From: Octopus sinensis | Lineage: Eukaryota | Direction of reading: 5' to 3' | Assembly: GCF_006345805.1 (NCBI RefSeq) | Contig: NC_043015.1 | Coordinates: forward strand, 10,416,001-10,480,000 | DNA length: 64,000 bases | Shown: positions 39,821 through 52,831 of the stretch, in pieces | How the letters are laid out: each line of letters begins with the position of its first letter | Numbering within the stretch: position 1 is the stretch's first letter | Translations under genes and position numbers: made by a program | The notes under the pieces: model-generated | What the model was told of the DNA's origin: nothing | Database searches by the model: none | The model's input: the letters and a program-made list of their open reading frames with translations, nothing else

Positions 39821-40940
39821 TATATATGTATACATATATATTCTTTGGTACTACATAAGCAGCTGGTTCTCTAAGCATAGACGTTACAATACTCTAAGCC
39901 ACAGATAAATCATTAAATTAATACAGTCATGTTAGGAAAAATATTTAGTAAAGCAAGAATACCGTTTTATATCTGGCAAGAAAGGAGGAGGGATGTCAGT
40001 TAATTTGATATCAGGATCTCAAATTTAGCGTGAAATGCGCCTGATTCATTTCTGTCAAATCTGTCAGGGACAGCTGCTAGAATTCACTGGTAACATGCCT
40101 GCGAATTTGTTAGAGTGTCCGGACACCATTGAAAGAAACGCCCAATGTGAAGTTATTTATAAATATAAAAGAACGATGTATCATTATACATATTATGATT
40201 AAATAAAAGAATGATATTATTGCAGATATTTAGAGCATGGTAGAGGAAGCAGTCATTAGCACAGGAAGAAGAAGCAGCAAACATTATGTCGATAAGTATG
40301 CATTCTTCTTTTGTTAATATTTTTACTAGAATTATAACTAGTTTTATTCAATATATTTATAACGTATATAGAGGTATTTACTAAATAATCTCTTTAAATA
40401 TTATTAACTTACATTTTATTTTTAAAAAATGGTAATTTATAACTTATATATATCGGTATTGCAATTCAAATATTTAATTTTTGTAATTTTTAAAAGTATA
40501 TTTGTAATTTATTTATTTTTGTTATATTTTCAATCATATTCTTATTTTTCTATTTAATATGACTTCAAATATGTATTATTAACTTGGATCCGTTAATAAA
40601 GATATGATCAATAGCCTAATATTGACTAATAATTGGTAGGTTATATATATTTTTTTATATATTTTTCAAATAGTACTTCATACTAGGTTTTTTAAACCTT
40701 ATATTATTTTAATGGATATAAATTTCTTTGTGTATTCCATACAATATATTTATCCTGATATATTAGTTGCGATTCTATTGGTAAAATCTCAAATTTGCCA
40801 TAATATTATAAATGATACTGTTTACATTGCATTAGTAAAGTGTAAAATAGTAAATGTTCTGATAACCTGGAATACGTACGTAATACATATGAATATTATT
40901 AATAAAATAGGAGATGGAATATGTAATAGAATTTCTTGGG

Positions 40941-40978
40941 TACAACACGTTTCGACCCGTTCTGGGACTCTTCAGGTA
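40941..40978 (-). ncRNA. Degenerate hammerhead-like motif
   Basis: UAC-CUGAAGA-GUCCC[AGAAC]GGGUC-GAAAC-GUGUU-GUA; one mismatch in stem II and only a 3-bp stem I. Confidence 0.5.
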
Positions 40979-40981
40979 TAT

Positions 40982-41240
40982 CTTAGATAAACTTAGATAA
41001 ACTTAGATATGTTTCGACCAGAGATTGGTCCAGGCCATGTCTAACTTAATAGCACCACCTGATAGGATTATTCGAATCCTGTTTAAGTCGTTTTGTTCAA
41101 GTAGTGAGTTCTTGTTGGGTGAGTTGTATCCAATTATGGGTGGCTTATCTGGTATTCTTTGAAGGAATCTATCCAGACTCTGTTTGAAGTTGATGGGATC
41201 CTTTTCCTCTTTGATCTCCATCGGGACAATGTTAAATAGG
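40982..41240 (-). mobile_element. 3' end of a CR1/L2-like LINE with a (tttatctaag)n tail
   Basis: 'KDPINFKQSLDRFLQRIPDKPP..GYNSPNKNSLLE', then a short 3' UTR and a 10-bp unit tail (x~3). Confidence 0.55.
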
Positions 41241-42002
41241 GCAGGGCCTTCTCAATATAAATTATCAATATAAATTATCACTAGAGATATCTTGAGTCGG
41301 CTCGAGAATTCGAGAATGAGTAAAATTCGGAGAAAGAAAGCAAAAATTTTAAATATGAATGTGGAAATTATACATTCCAGTCTAGTAAAACATGACGTAA
41401 TCAGCTTTGGCTGCTGTAATTGTAAGGAGGGAGAGAAGGAAGTAGAAGCTGAAAAGAACCTAATGCTGAGACGGAAATTCTTATTCGTGTTTATACTTAG
41501 ACGCATATATACATACACAAAGATGTTCATATACGCACATATACATTCGCGTTCACAGACGCTCATCCAAGTATATGGGTGTATACATGCAAAGAAATAC
41601 ACGTGCATACGCACACTTAGGGACGATTATATTCTTTATTCCTTTCTAGTTTCAGCTCAGAGTTGCAGCTATGCTGATGCGCCGCCGTTAAATATATATA
41701 TATTTTACATGTATATGTATAGGAACTCGTACACGCAGGTACACGCGTATATATATATATATATACATAAATATACGTACATAGTATAGAAAAATATGTG
41801 CATAGATTTGTACGTGAAGCAAGATACACACGTCCGGGCAAAGCTTCATACACACACACAATTGTTAATACATTCGCATATACACAAATGCACAAACACA
41901 TATACATTCACACAGACACACATATATATATATATATATATATAATATATATAAACATATATGTACACATATATATGCATATACACATATACATATACAT
42001 AT

Positions 42003-42054
<52 letters not shown>

Positions 42055-42457
42055 TATACATGTATACATGCATGTATGTGCATGTATATATATGGATACA
42101 TATGAATATATATATATATGTATATATATATATGTATATATATACATATATAGTAATATTATTGTTATTAATAATAGTAGGGAATATAAAACCAAACTTA
42201 CAGGGGAACCTTCAATTTAGGTATTCTAAATCAAATTTCACAATATATAATGTATGTATATAATTAATTTAATATTTACTTAATTTAGTGATATTTTGAA
42301 TAATATTTATTATAGTATATTTAATTATTTTTTTCTATATGATGTGGATACTGTCTTTCACTATTCAATTACTTAATGGAGGTTGCCTTGTTGATTCGTT
42401 AGTTGCTGCACGCATTTTTTTCTCTCCTTCTTTCTGTGTTTTTTTTCTCTCTGTGTA

Positions 42458-42590
42458 TTTTTCTGTTGAAGAGCGTAGGCTCGAAACGTTAAAGACTTGT
42501 TTTATTTATATTTCCTGAGCGCCATACTAATTTAATTGTTTGTTTGTTTCCACCTGCCTTCGTCTTTTGTCTATTTTCATAAAGCTTCCC
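42458..42590 (+). mobile_element. PLE pLTR-like fragment with a variant hammerhead-like core
   Basis: UUUUU-CUGUUGA-A-GAGC[GUAG]GCUC-GAAAC-GUU-AAAGA; the position-6 A is U. Confidence 0.45.
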
Positions 42591-42695
42591 GTTATACATA
42601 TACATACGTATACATAGATATATGGATCTATATTGCTAGATCATGTGTGAAATACGAGTTATTTGAATATATATATATTATATATACATACATAC

Positions 42696-42768
<73 letters not shown>

Positions 42769-42798
42769 CGTGTGTGTTTGTGTGTGTGTGTGTATTGA

Positions 42799-43146
42799 TA
42801 GCTATCGACAAGCTAACATGGCAGCCCCGGAAAACAGGACGAATTCTGCTGTTGATTAGCTCCAAGAGGACATCGCCACTACTAGCTATGTGGCACACAA
42901 ATCTGTGTCCATTACAACCTTGGAAGAGACAGATAGCAGCGATATCTGCCGTGTTTGGCTATTCCACATTGATAAGGGGCAATCACCCCGAAACTACTCT
43001 GTGGTTGTTTCACCGGCAAGGGGAAGCCTCTGACCTCCTCTGTTCGAAGGTTATAATGAACACAGATTTGTGAGTTACATAGCTAGCAAGAGGCGATGGC
43101 CCATTGGAGTCCTATTGCCCTGGTCTGCCATGTTAGTTTGGAGCTA
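42799..43146. mobile_element. MITE-like element with ~105-125-bp imperfect TIRs
   Basis: Left caagctaacatggcag...ctagctatgtggcacacaaatctgtgtccattacaacctt pairs with right aaggttataatgaacacagatttgtgagttacatagctag...ctgccatgttagtttg. Confidence 0.85.
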
Positions 43147-43280
43147 ATTATTAATATCCAGTACTGTCGGACCTTAATTCATTGCTTTGCTTTTGGTAGG
43201 AATTAGGAAATATACGTGATTTTGTGTATGTGTGTTTCGGCGTACCCATTTGTCTGCCTGTCTGTCTTTGTACATATACA

Positions 43281-43946
43281 AGTAATTTCTTGACGAATTG
43301 CATCTTGAAGTTGTTCAATAGATAGAGGGCGATTAATGTATACCTTTGACTTGAGGTATCCCCAGAGAAAAAACTCGCACGGACTTAAATCAGGTGAATG
43401 GGCGGGCCAACCGATGTTACCACGCAATGAGATCAAATGACCAGGGAACATATTCCTCAAAATCCCCATCGAACGTCGAGAAGTGTGGGCTGTTGCCCCA
43501 TCCTGTTGAAACCAAACATTGTCCATATCGTGGAGCATATTCAATCTTGGTCTGAGAAAAGTCTCTAGCATTTCACAATATCGATCAGAGTTCACAGTCA
43601 CTGTAACGTTGTCTTCTTCGAAGAGGTACGGACCCCATATACCGAATTCATAGGTATACATTAATCGTCCTCGATCTATTGAACAACTTAAAGATGCAAT
43701 TCGTCAAGAAATTACTGCCATTCCACATGAAATGACTCGCCAAGTTATTGACAACTTTCGTGAACGCCTTCGACAGTGTGTGGACAATAATGGATCCCAT
43801 TTGACTGATTTAATTTTTAAAACATAATGAAATAAAATGGCATTATATGTATTTTTCAAAACTAAAAACACTTTTTTGTTTCTTTACTTCATTTGCCTTT
43901 TATTTAACCTACAAATGTGTCAGATCATTTTGCCTGACCCTGTATA
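43281..43946. mobile_element. Rearranged Tc1/mariner (DD41D/rosa-like) element: inverted catalytic segment plus plus-strand 3' end and TIR
   Basis: Minus: 'WFQQDGATAH...WPAHSPDLSPCEFFLWGYLKSKVY'; plus: continues 'VYINRPRSIEQLKDAIRQEITAIP...' and ends ctgaccctgta-TA. Confidence 0.88.
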
Positions 43947-43962
43947 TGTATACATATATACA

Positions 43963-44019
<57 letters not shown>

Positions 44020-45089
44020 TGAGAGAGAAAGAGAGAGGGAGAGCGACGAATTTATATGCACACCAACATATATCAGTAGATCCATCTTTCTACCCATCCA
44101 TACATACATACATTTTCCTCACTGTCTCTGGAGAGCCTCCTTGACCTCCAGCCTGCCTACACTGTCACGTATAGGTAGGCTCTTTAGCCCAGATATCCGC
44201 CTTTTTCGCTCAGTTGCCACATGCAAGTATTTGGGGAGTCATTTTACAATCGCTACGGTTAGAGTTGGTCACCTGATATTTAAAGACTGCATGGTACTAT
44301 GTTTTTGCCTTTTCTATCAGAAAGAGGTCTGCAGACGGCATTGAATTGTTACCAATCAGTACGCGTATAAACTACCTTTGTTGTTCGGTTGTATCTAGCA
44401 CAGAACTATATTTTCATATTTCTACATACATTTCTCTTTTATAATGCTTCTAACCTTATTGATAATCACTATCAATGATTTTGTGGTGTGATTTAGTTGT
44501 AAGTTTCACAATGTATTTATATTAGAATATTCCCCCGTGTCTTCCCTTACATTAATTTATGAATTTCTGTCTGAAAAAAGGTCATAAGAACAAGCTCTTT
44601 TCGTGTTAGTGAGAAATTCATTTCCCATTAATAACAAATGAATTTATGGTGTACCTGAATGTTATATTTATAAAAGACAGGGAATTTATCTTAAATATGC
44701 ATTATTTTTTACTATTGCACATATATATTGTCAATATGTATGTAGTTTCAGATTATGGAAATATAAATTATTCATTATTCATTTAAATATATTTTATGGC
44801 TGGAAAATACAGTCTGAATTTTTATCCAAATTAACTAAAGCTCTAATGTGACTGGGGGGAAAATAAACCGCACACGAAACGTAAACCTATTTCATTAATA
44901 ATGAGGTTGACAAATGCCGTCATTTATTTAAGGTCGTATGAACTAGAAGAATAAAGAAATCAGAATACACCGAAGGTGAAACATTGTAGATGAAATGTTA
45001 ATTTTAATAATTTGTAGATATTTACCATATGTGTGCATGGGGCGAGGTGAGTATGCTTTTATATTTACATATATCATCGCGAGCAAAAT

Positions 45090-45964
45090 TTACCGAGCGG
45101 GCAGTCCACGTCTGCCACAGATAAGCTCAGGTCCCACGTGTCTGATTCGGAACAAACGAGTATGACAGCTGGGGCCGAATAAGAAAATGATATGATCAGG
45201 TTCAGTTCTGGTGTCGCTTTTCCTCTCACGTCACTCTTGTTTGCTAGGGTGTTCCAGCGTTTACCTTTAAAGGAGAATGTTGCTCGGTAAGCAATGAAAA
45301 GCCAAATTTTGGAGCAGGTACAGAGCTTTGGTGATGTTTATTGTGAAAGCAACTAATCTGTGTACTACTTATTTGATGCTCCGCTGTCACGTGAACTTGA
45401 GTTAGCCGCATGGTATGATTTCTGAACTGGATGGGCCTACATCCAGGTGGCGTATCCTTCCCTGCAGTCTTGTTTCCTGGACCTCATTATTAGAGACAAA
45501 GTCACTCCAGTTAATACTGAGGTTGATGCCGAGTCAGTGTTGATGGAATCTTTCAATGAAACAAAGGTGATGCTTATAGAGTTTGCACTACTCCTCATCA
45601 GACAAGAGAGTGATCATAACAGAATACACAGACTAAGGCCTTATTCTTCAAATAATTATTATTCCAGACGTTTTCATACAATGTAACTTATGCGCACCAG
45701 GACAATTACCCCCATCATCATAGGACAATTCATCCCGAAGTTAATTACCTCCTTAGTCAATTAGCCTCCCAGGGTTAATTACCCGGTCTCCAATATATTA
45801 AGAGGTTTTAAACCATCATCTGTTGTCCTCATTGGGAAATGCCCTTGTGGGGTTATTGTCCATAGGGAGTAAATGCCCTTGACTTACTGAATGTAGCGTT
45901 TGCCTTGAGCAGTTTAACAACTCCCTTGTCCATTTACGCATCTTGAAATATATATATATATATC

Positions 45965-45995
<31 letters not shown>

Positions 45996-46500
45996 ATGTA
46001 TATTTATATATGTCTCAGAAGTTGAACTTGATGACTGTTTGATGTGAGAAGATAATATTCTTGCTGCTGTGCACGCTGATAGAAAACTTCTGTCCGTTTA
46101 GACTGACATCTAGGTATGGGTAGCGTGCAGATTCTGCAATGGAACACACGCTGTGTTGCTGGGCTGTCTCTATTGAAAACCAAGGGCAGCATCGTCTGCA
46201 TAAATTGATTCGTGAGTCAGCTGTTCCAGTAGGTGCATAATGTTGGTTAAGCTGCCATAATAACGCTACCGAGTATAGATGCCGTCTTCATCATCATGGA
46301 CTTCAGTGACCGGATGGATCATCATATAACATATGGTTAAAAAAATCAGTGTGAGGACGAAGCATAGCTTCACGCCATTCCCAAACACGAACGGCTCGGG
46401 AAGGTCACTGATATATCTGACCTGTCCCTCTTCATTTTCATGCAATTGTTCGATTATGTTTAAAAATTTGGGATGACACTCCACATCGCCTCGGGATTTG
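45090..46500 (-). mobile_element. Old, interrupted RTE-type LINE RT fragment
   Basis: 'PKFLNIIEQLH...GNGVK.C..L..IFL', 'DDEDGIY', 'KRTEVFYQ'; 45100 region resembles the ETWT motif. Confidence 0.7.
45695..45890. repeat. MITE-like remnant with short 'ggacaatt.ccc' subterminal repeats and the inverse 'gggttattgtcc'
   Basis: Several direct copies on the left, reverse-complement copies on the right. Confidence 0.45.
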
Positions 46501-46769
46501 TGATATGCCTACTCTGTTTAGGAGATGTAAAGTTCTTTGTTTTAGTATCTATGCTTGTACTGGACCTGTCTGACACCGCGGTGATGGTCTCCATTTTAAA
46601 ATTTAATTAAAAGAATATAAGGACTGATCAATAGGTATCCGGATTGTTCCCTTAGTAATAAAGCCAAAGTGCGCAGAGTAAAGCAGTTGAACACAGATTG
46701 ACCGTTGTAGATCACATCTCCTTTTTATAGCAGTGCTTCAAATAAATTTGTATAGAGTGTGATCGTCGC

Positions 46770-46875
46770 ATTAACCATGACAGAGAAATTTGAGCTGAGA
46801 ATCTACGTGAAATGTTGCCAAAAACTTGGGCCTACCTACTCAGAAGCCTACGTAATGTTTTCAAAAAAGCTTTCA
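46770..46875 (+). mobile_element. Mariner transposase 5' fragment
   Basis: 'MTEKFELRIYVKCCQKLG.T.SEAYVMF' resembles the mariner N-terminus. Confidence 0.5.
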
Positions 46876-47073
46876 TCGTTTTCGATGCAATAAAGATCTT
46901 GTGCAACTGAAACCCGAGTGTCTTTCTGGTATATATATATAGTTAATTCAAACATGAAAGCACAAAAAAAACACAACAACGCGAGGACGTGGAACAAATA
47001 TAGTATTACTGGACGCTCAGGAAAGAAAGAAATACAAATATATATATATATATATATATAATATATATTATAT

Positions 47074-47120
<47 letters not shown>

Positions 47121-47152
47121 ATATCAATATATTCAAATAAAAATATATATAT

Positions 47153-47334
47153 AGGCGTAGGAGTGGCCGTGTGGTAAGTAGCTTGTCTACTAACCACATG
47201 GTTCCAGTTCAGTCCCTCAGCGTGGCACCTTGGGCAGGTGTCTTCTACTATAGCCTCGGGCCGACCAAAGCCTTGTGAGTGGATTTGGTAGACGGAAACT
47301 GAAGGACGCCAGTCGTATATATATATATATATAT
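47153..47334 (+). mobile_element. SINE head module + (TA)n
   Basis: 'aggcgtaggagtggccgtgtggtaagtagc...gttcagtccc...gacggaaactgaagg' with A/B-box-like motifs. Confidence 0.92.
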
Positions 47335-49075
47335 ATTACCCGACATGCAGTTCGTAAAAAGCCCGCCATTTACCGGATATATGATTTATAAACATTCCAT
47401 GTGCTTGGCCGGAGTGAGCAGTTGTCTGTTCGTCTTCGCTACGTAAGGTTAGTTTATTTATGATGTATTCAGAATCAGTTCTGCTGACGATCATTAGACG
47501 CAAGTTGTATGTGAAATCACGGTGATACAGAACATAATTCATTTTTAAATGTCTTGCTTGAAAAACTGCATTGGGTATGATTAGTATAATTTTGGTAGTA
47601 ATGACTCTGTCCCTCCTAGTGTGAGGCATTTATGTGTAATAATGCCCTCTATACAATATAGATATAATTAATTTGTTCAGAAGAAAAAAATTATTTTCGG
47701 ATTCTTTTCTTTTATGAGGTTTTCACGCTAGCTACCTGATAATTCTTGTTAAGATCCCTTATTAAGAGATTGTCCTTAATTGTTAAACTTATTCCGAAAT
47801 ACTTTTCATTACCCGACATGCAGTTCGTAAAAAGCCCGCCATTTACCGGATATATGATTTATAAACATTCCATGTGCTTGGCCGGAGTGAGCAGTTGTCT
47901 GTTCGTCTCGCTACGTAAGGTTAGTTTATTTATGATGTATTCAGAATCAGTTCTGCTGACGATCATTAGACGCAAGTTGTATGTGAAATCACGGTGATAC
48001 AGAACATAATTCATTTTTAAATGTCTTGCTTTGAAAAACTGCATTTGGGTATGATTAGTATAATTTTGGTAGTAATGACTCTGTCCCTCCTAGTGTGAGG
48101 CATTTATGTGTAATAATGCCCTCTATACAATATAGATATAATTAATTTGTCAGAAGAAAAAAATTATTTTCGGATTCTTTTCTTTTATGAGGTTTTCACG
48201 CTAGCTACCTGATAATTTCTTGTTAAGATCCCTTATTAAGAGATTGTCCTTAATTGTTAACTTATTCCGAAATACTTTTCATTACCCGACATGCAGTTCG
48301 TAAAAAGCCCGCCATTTACCGGATATATGATTTATAAACATTCCATGTGCTTGGCCGGAGTGAGCAGTTGTCTGTTCGTCTTCGCTACGTAAGGTTAGTT
48401 TATTTATGATGTATTCAGAATCAGTTCTGCTGACGATCATTAGACGCAAGTTGTATGTGAAATCACGGTGATACAGAACATAATTCATTTTTAAATGTCT
48501 TGCTTTGAAAAACTGCATTTGGGTATGATTAGTATAATTTTGGTAGTAATGACTCTGTCCCTCCTAGTGTGAGGCATTTATGTGTAATAATGCCCTCTAT
48601 ACAATATAGATATAATTAATTTGTTCAGAAGAAAAAAATTATTTTCGGATTCTTTTCTTTTATGAGGTTTTCACGCTAGCTACCTGATAATTTCTTGTTA
48701 AGATCCCTTATTAAGAGATTGTCCTTAATTGTTAAACTTATTCCGAAATACTTTTCATTACCCGACATGCAGTTCGTAAAAAGCCCGCCATTTACCGGAT
48801 ATATGATTTATAAACATTCCATGTGCTTGGCCGGAGTGAGCAGTTGTCTGTTCGTCTTCGCTACGTAAGGTTAGTTTATTTATGATGTATTCAGAATCAG
48901 TTCTGCTGACGATCATTAGACGCAAGTTGTATGTGAAATCACGGTGATACAGAACATAATTCATTTTTAATGTCTTGCTTTGAAAAACTGCATTTGGGTA
49001 TGATTAGTATAATTTTGGTAGTAATGACTCTGTCCCTCCTAGTGTGAGGCATTTATGTGTAATAATGCCCTCTAT

Positions 49076-49083
<8 letters not shown>
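47335..49083. repeat. Tandem array of a 476-bp unit, ~3.7 copies, between two (TA)n tracts
   Basis: Unit starts (attacccgacatgcag) at 47335, 47808, 48281 and 48757; the last copy ends at ccctctatacaatata. Confidence 0.98.
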
Positions 49084-49116
<33 letters not shown>

Positions 49117-49868
49117 ATGCATATATATGTATATGTATATATATATTTATTCATATATATATATATACACGTATACATATGTATAGGTATGTGTATATAT
49201 ACGTACATATGCACGCACACACACACGCTCACATATATGCACACACACTATATGTGTAGGTGCATGTTTTGATATTGATTTCAATATATACCTATTTAAC
49301 GTACGTGTATGCAAGTATGTATACGCATATGTACGTACGTGCTTATACGCATATGTGTGCGACAGTGATCAAAATCGAGCCATCTATATGTGTGTGTATA
49401 AAGCTGTAGCTTTCTGTTTACTTGTGTATATATATGCAAATATATGTTTAATTATACACGTTACCCATTGTGGAATCATATTTTCTGAGTCCTCGAGAAT
49501 ATTGAAAAAAATAGATTTAATAATAGAGATTAATTTTAATTCTTTATTCTGCTTCGTATGCGAATAGTTTATTTTTTCTTTTCAATCTCAATGGTAGAAA
49601 TAGAAAATGGAAAATTTAGGCCAAATCACAAATATAATTATCCCACAGACATAGTTTTTTCAAATTTTCATAGTCTTTACATTATAAAATAAAATTATTT
49701 TATTGATATTGCTACTCACACCGTCGTTTCCTCAGTCAGCGTTCTATAAATATATATCTCAATCCAAGAATCGAATCAATATTGGTTAGGCAATAACAAT
49801 TCTAACATCCATTTTTTTAAGGGTATTAAGAAATTCTGATGATTAAATGTTTATGTTTTGTTTTTCAG

Positions 49869-50027
49869 GCATTTTGGTTCCTTTTATTAATATTTCCCGA
49901 ATAAATTCTGCAGATTTCTTTGATATTTCATCCTATTCCATCAATATCACAATTTCAAGATACCAGCTTAGATCCTCCTCTGTGATATCTAGAAAAGTTG
50001 CTTGCACCCAAACTCCATTGTCAGCGG
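49869..50027 (+). CDS. Candidate 159-nt internal exon (unidentified)
   Basis: tttatgttttgtttttcag| ... |gtatgt with one open frame, phase 1-1; but the antisense reads like a degraded piggyBac 'DITEEDL..YL.IVILM'. Confidence 0.2.
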
Positions 50028-50306
50028 GTATGTGGTGACATAAAATGTTTAGAGGCCATTTGGAAGGATTGTAACTGTAATTCAAAGGCCATTAATTAGG
50101 AAACTGGATTTATACTGATTCAAATAGTGAATTAGATCCAGTTAAAGCTTAAAATGATCCGTGGAGAAGTCTCAATTATATAACATGCTAATACTATCCT
50201 TCGGGAATCTAGATTATTGACTGAGTACTCATATATCGAAATAAATATATACATATACAGTGAGAGACACATAAAACGGGTATATCTATTTGTATATATG
50301 AATATA

Positions 50307-50341
<35 letters not shown>

Positions 50342-50765
50342 CAAATTTAGGGTGAATACTTGATAAGTATAAGCAATACAATGATCCCTTACACGCTTCT
50401 ACAGTTACGATATTTTACAAATACACTTTCTCAGGGAGATATGATATACATATTATAATGGGTAATACTACATATACTTTTCCTTATTTTTTATAGTGTG
50501 ATGTAACTCTTTGAAATGAGAATGTATGCGGCTGAAGAGAGCTTTAAACCATATTTTATATCCATTATGCACTGATGTATGAACAGGTCGTTTACAAAGC
50601 TTTGAACACCTGTACCGCGACATCCTTTGTGTTCTGTTTTTGATTTTATTTGATATATATATATATTATATATATATATATATAAATAATATAAATATGT
50701 GTGTGTGTATATATATATATACTAATAGATAGATAGAGAGAAATATGGGTGTATGCATAAATGCG

Positions 50766-50878
<113 letters not shown>

Positions 50879-51329
50879 TTATATATAGCTGTTTATAAAT
50901 ATATGTGTGTGCATGTGTATGTGTGTGTGCATGAATATATACATATATACATATAGAGTCACTTTTATGACGCTAACAACAGACTGTATTAGTTTGACGA
51001 AAGAAATTTGTGACTTTTTGAACCTACGTCATTTGCAGTAAACAAGGAGGAAATAATACAAATGGAGACAGAAAAAAAAAACACAGAAAGAAAAGAAGGC
51101 CATCTGGGAGACAACAATTACCTGGGCGTAGGAAGATCATGTGAGTGTGTGTAATTGTGTGTAAGGCAAAGCAGGTGTGGTCCGTGTGTGTGTGTGCATT
51201 TGTTTGTGTTAGTGTCTATGTGTATAAGTGTACATGTACGTGCGCGTTTTTGACATTGGTGTGTATATGTGTTTATGTATGAAAATTGTGTGTATATGTA
51301 CGTGTATTATGTGAGTGAGAATGTATATC

Positions 51330-51895
51330 TTAGTTGGCAGTTGTGCGTATATGGATATCAGGTGGTATAACAGAGACTAGGTATTGGTATGTGTGTATGC
51401 GTGAAAATTTATTTGCTGTTTTACGTGTGGTGAGGAAAGTGGAAGTGTGGGTGCTGGGGTGTGTGGAGTGGGAACGAACGCGTGTTGGTGTATTGTAGCT
51501 GTATATACAAGCTATAGGGGCCACATTGTGCTTGGTGTCGGTAATGAGTATAACGGTGGAAACAAGTTATGTGGAGGGTAAAGTAGGAGGAGAATTCGGG
51601 ATGTGGTAAGTGCGTGGTCTCTGTAAATAATTGTGTCGGGATTTGATGAAGTGATGTGAAGAATTAAGAACATGACGGCAGAAGAATGCAAGAATGTAAA
51701 TCCCTCCTCTTGATATAAGTGGAAGTTCAGATAGCGTTTGTGCAAGGCCCATCCGACCAGAGACAGACGTTGCAGGGAATAACCGATCGAGCGGATGCGG
51801 TACGAGACATGTGTGTGATTGCAAGTGTTGCTGACGCGGAGAACTCCGGCATCAGATCAGCTCAACACCGGCCAGTTTGACCAATGTACGGTGAA
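51330..51895 (-). mobile_element. Degraded Penelope-like 3' end (GIY-YIG endonuclease) plus CA-rich tail
   Basis: 'YIGQTGR' on the minus strand at ~51870-51892, followed by a degenerate continuation. Confidence 0.55.
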
Positions 51896-52049
51896 TGTGT
51901 TAAAGCAGAAAATGCATTAACTTAAATTACTCTCTCTCTCTTTTGCTCTCTTTCTACACGTAAACAGACAGAATCGTGAGCGCATGAACGCACTCACATA
52001 CACACGCGCGCATGGACACAGACAGACATATATATATACACACATATAT

Positions 52050-52101
<52 letters not shown>

Positions 52102-52797
52102 CATACATACATACATACATACATACATACACATGCTAATTCACTTGTATAAATGCATCCATACAACAATATGTTTATGTCAGTTGTGTATGCAAATATG
52201 CATAGAGGAAAATACTTGTATATGGAAAGGGTGATTGTTGACGATGACACTTTGTGAATAACTGTGACCGACGACGCGTGTACGTGTACAAACTCCAGAG
52301 CAACGACTAATGTTGTCAGCCAATATAATTAATTGTGCTTTACGTTTTACAGTTCGTAATTTATCACACCCAGTTTTCTCTTCACGTTCATGAAATTGTA
52401 TATCGACGTATATATATTTATAGATATGCGTGCGTATATGTGCGGGTGTGTGTGAAAATGTGTGTTTTATCCCGTGGTTAAATATATATAAATTCTGTAA
52501 TAACAGGCACGACACTTTGTACGAATGCACACGCGTGTTCACAACTTTATACACAAGCAAAAATGCATATGTTAGACTGAATGTATGGCGTGTATATATA
52601 AATATATCCATTCGTGAGCGTGCGTAAACATGGTATGCATTTGACTTGTGTTTATCAAAAGAAGATATTTCCTCTGGGGAAATCGCAGTAATCAACAGAA
52701 ATAGAATAGAATTAAACGTCAACATAGGACGATAAATTATGTAATTATATGAAAGCATGTATGTATGTATCTAACTATCTATCTATCTATCTATCTA

Positions 52798-52831
<34 letters not shown>

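Noticed and set aside
41292-41480. Non-repetitive start of the 165-aa plus-strand ORF (SKIRRKKAK...GCCNCK)
   Set aside because: No clear splice sites or homology; the remainder is microsatellite-derived
47336-48964. Repeated minus-strand ORFs (MNYVLYHRDF...ELHVG)
   Set aside because: They come from the tandem unit; no recognisable domain, and they change with the single-base indels
47335-49083. CRISPR-like or classical TRIM interpretation of the array
   Set aside because: No unique spacers, eukaryotic context; no convincing PBS/PPT or TG...CA inverted termini with TSD
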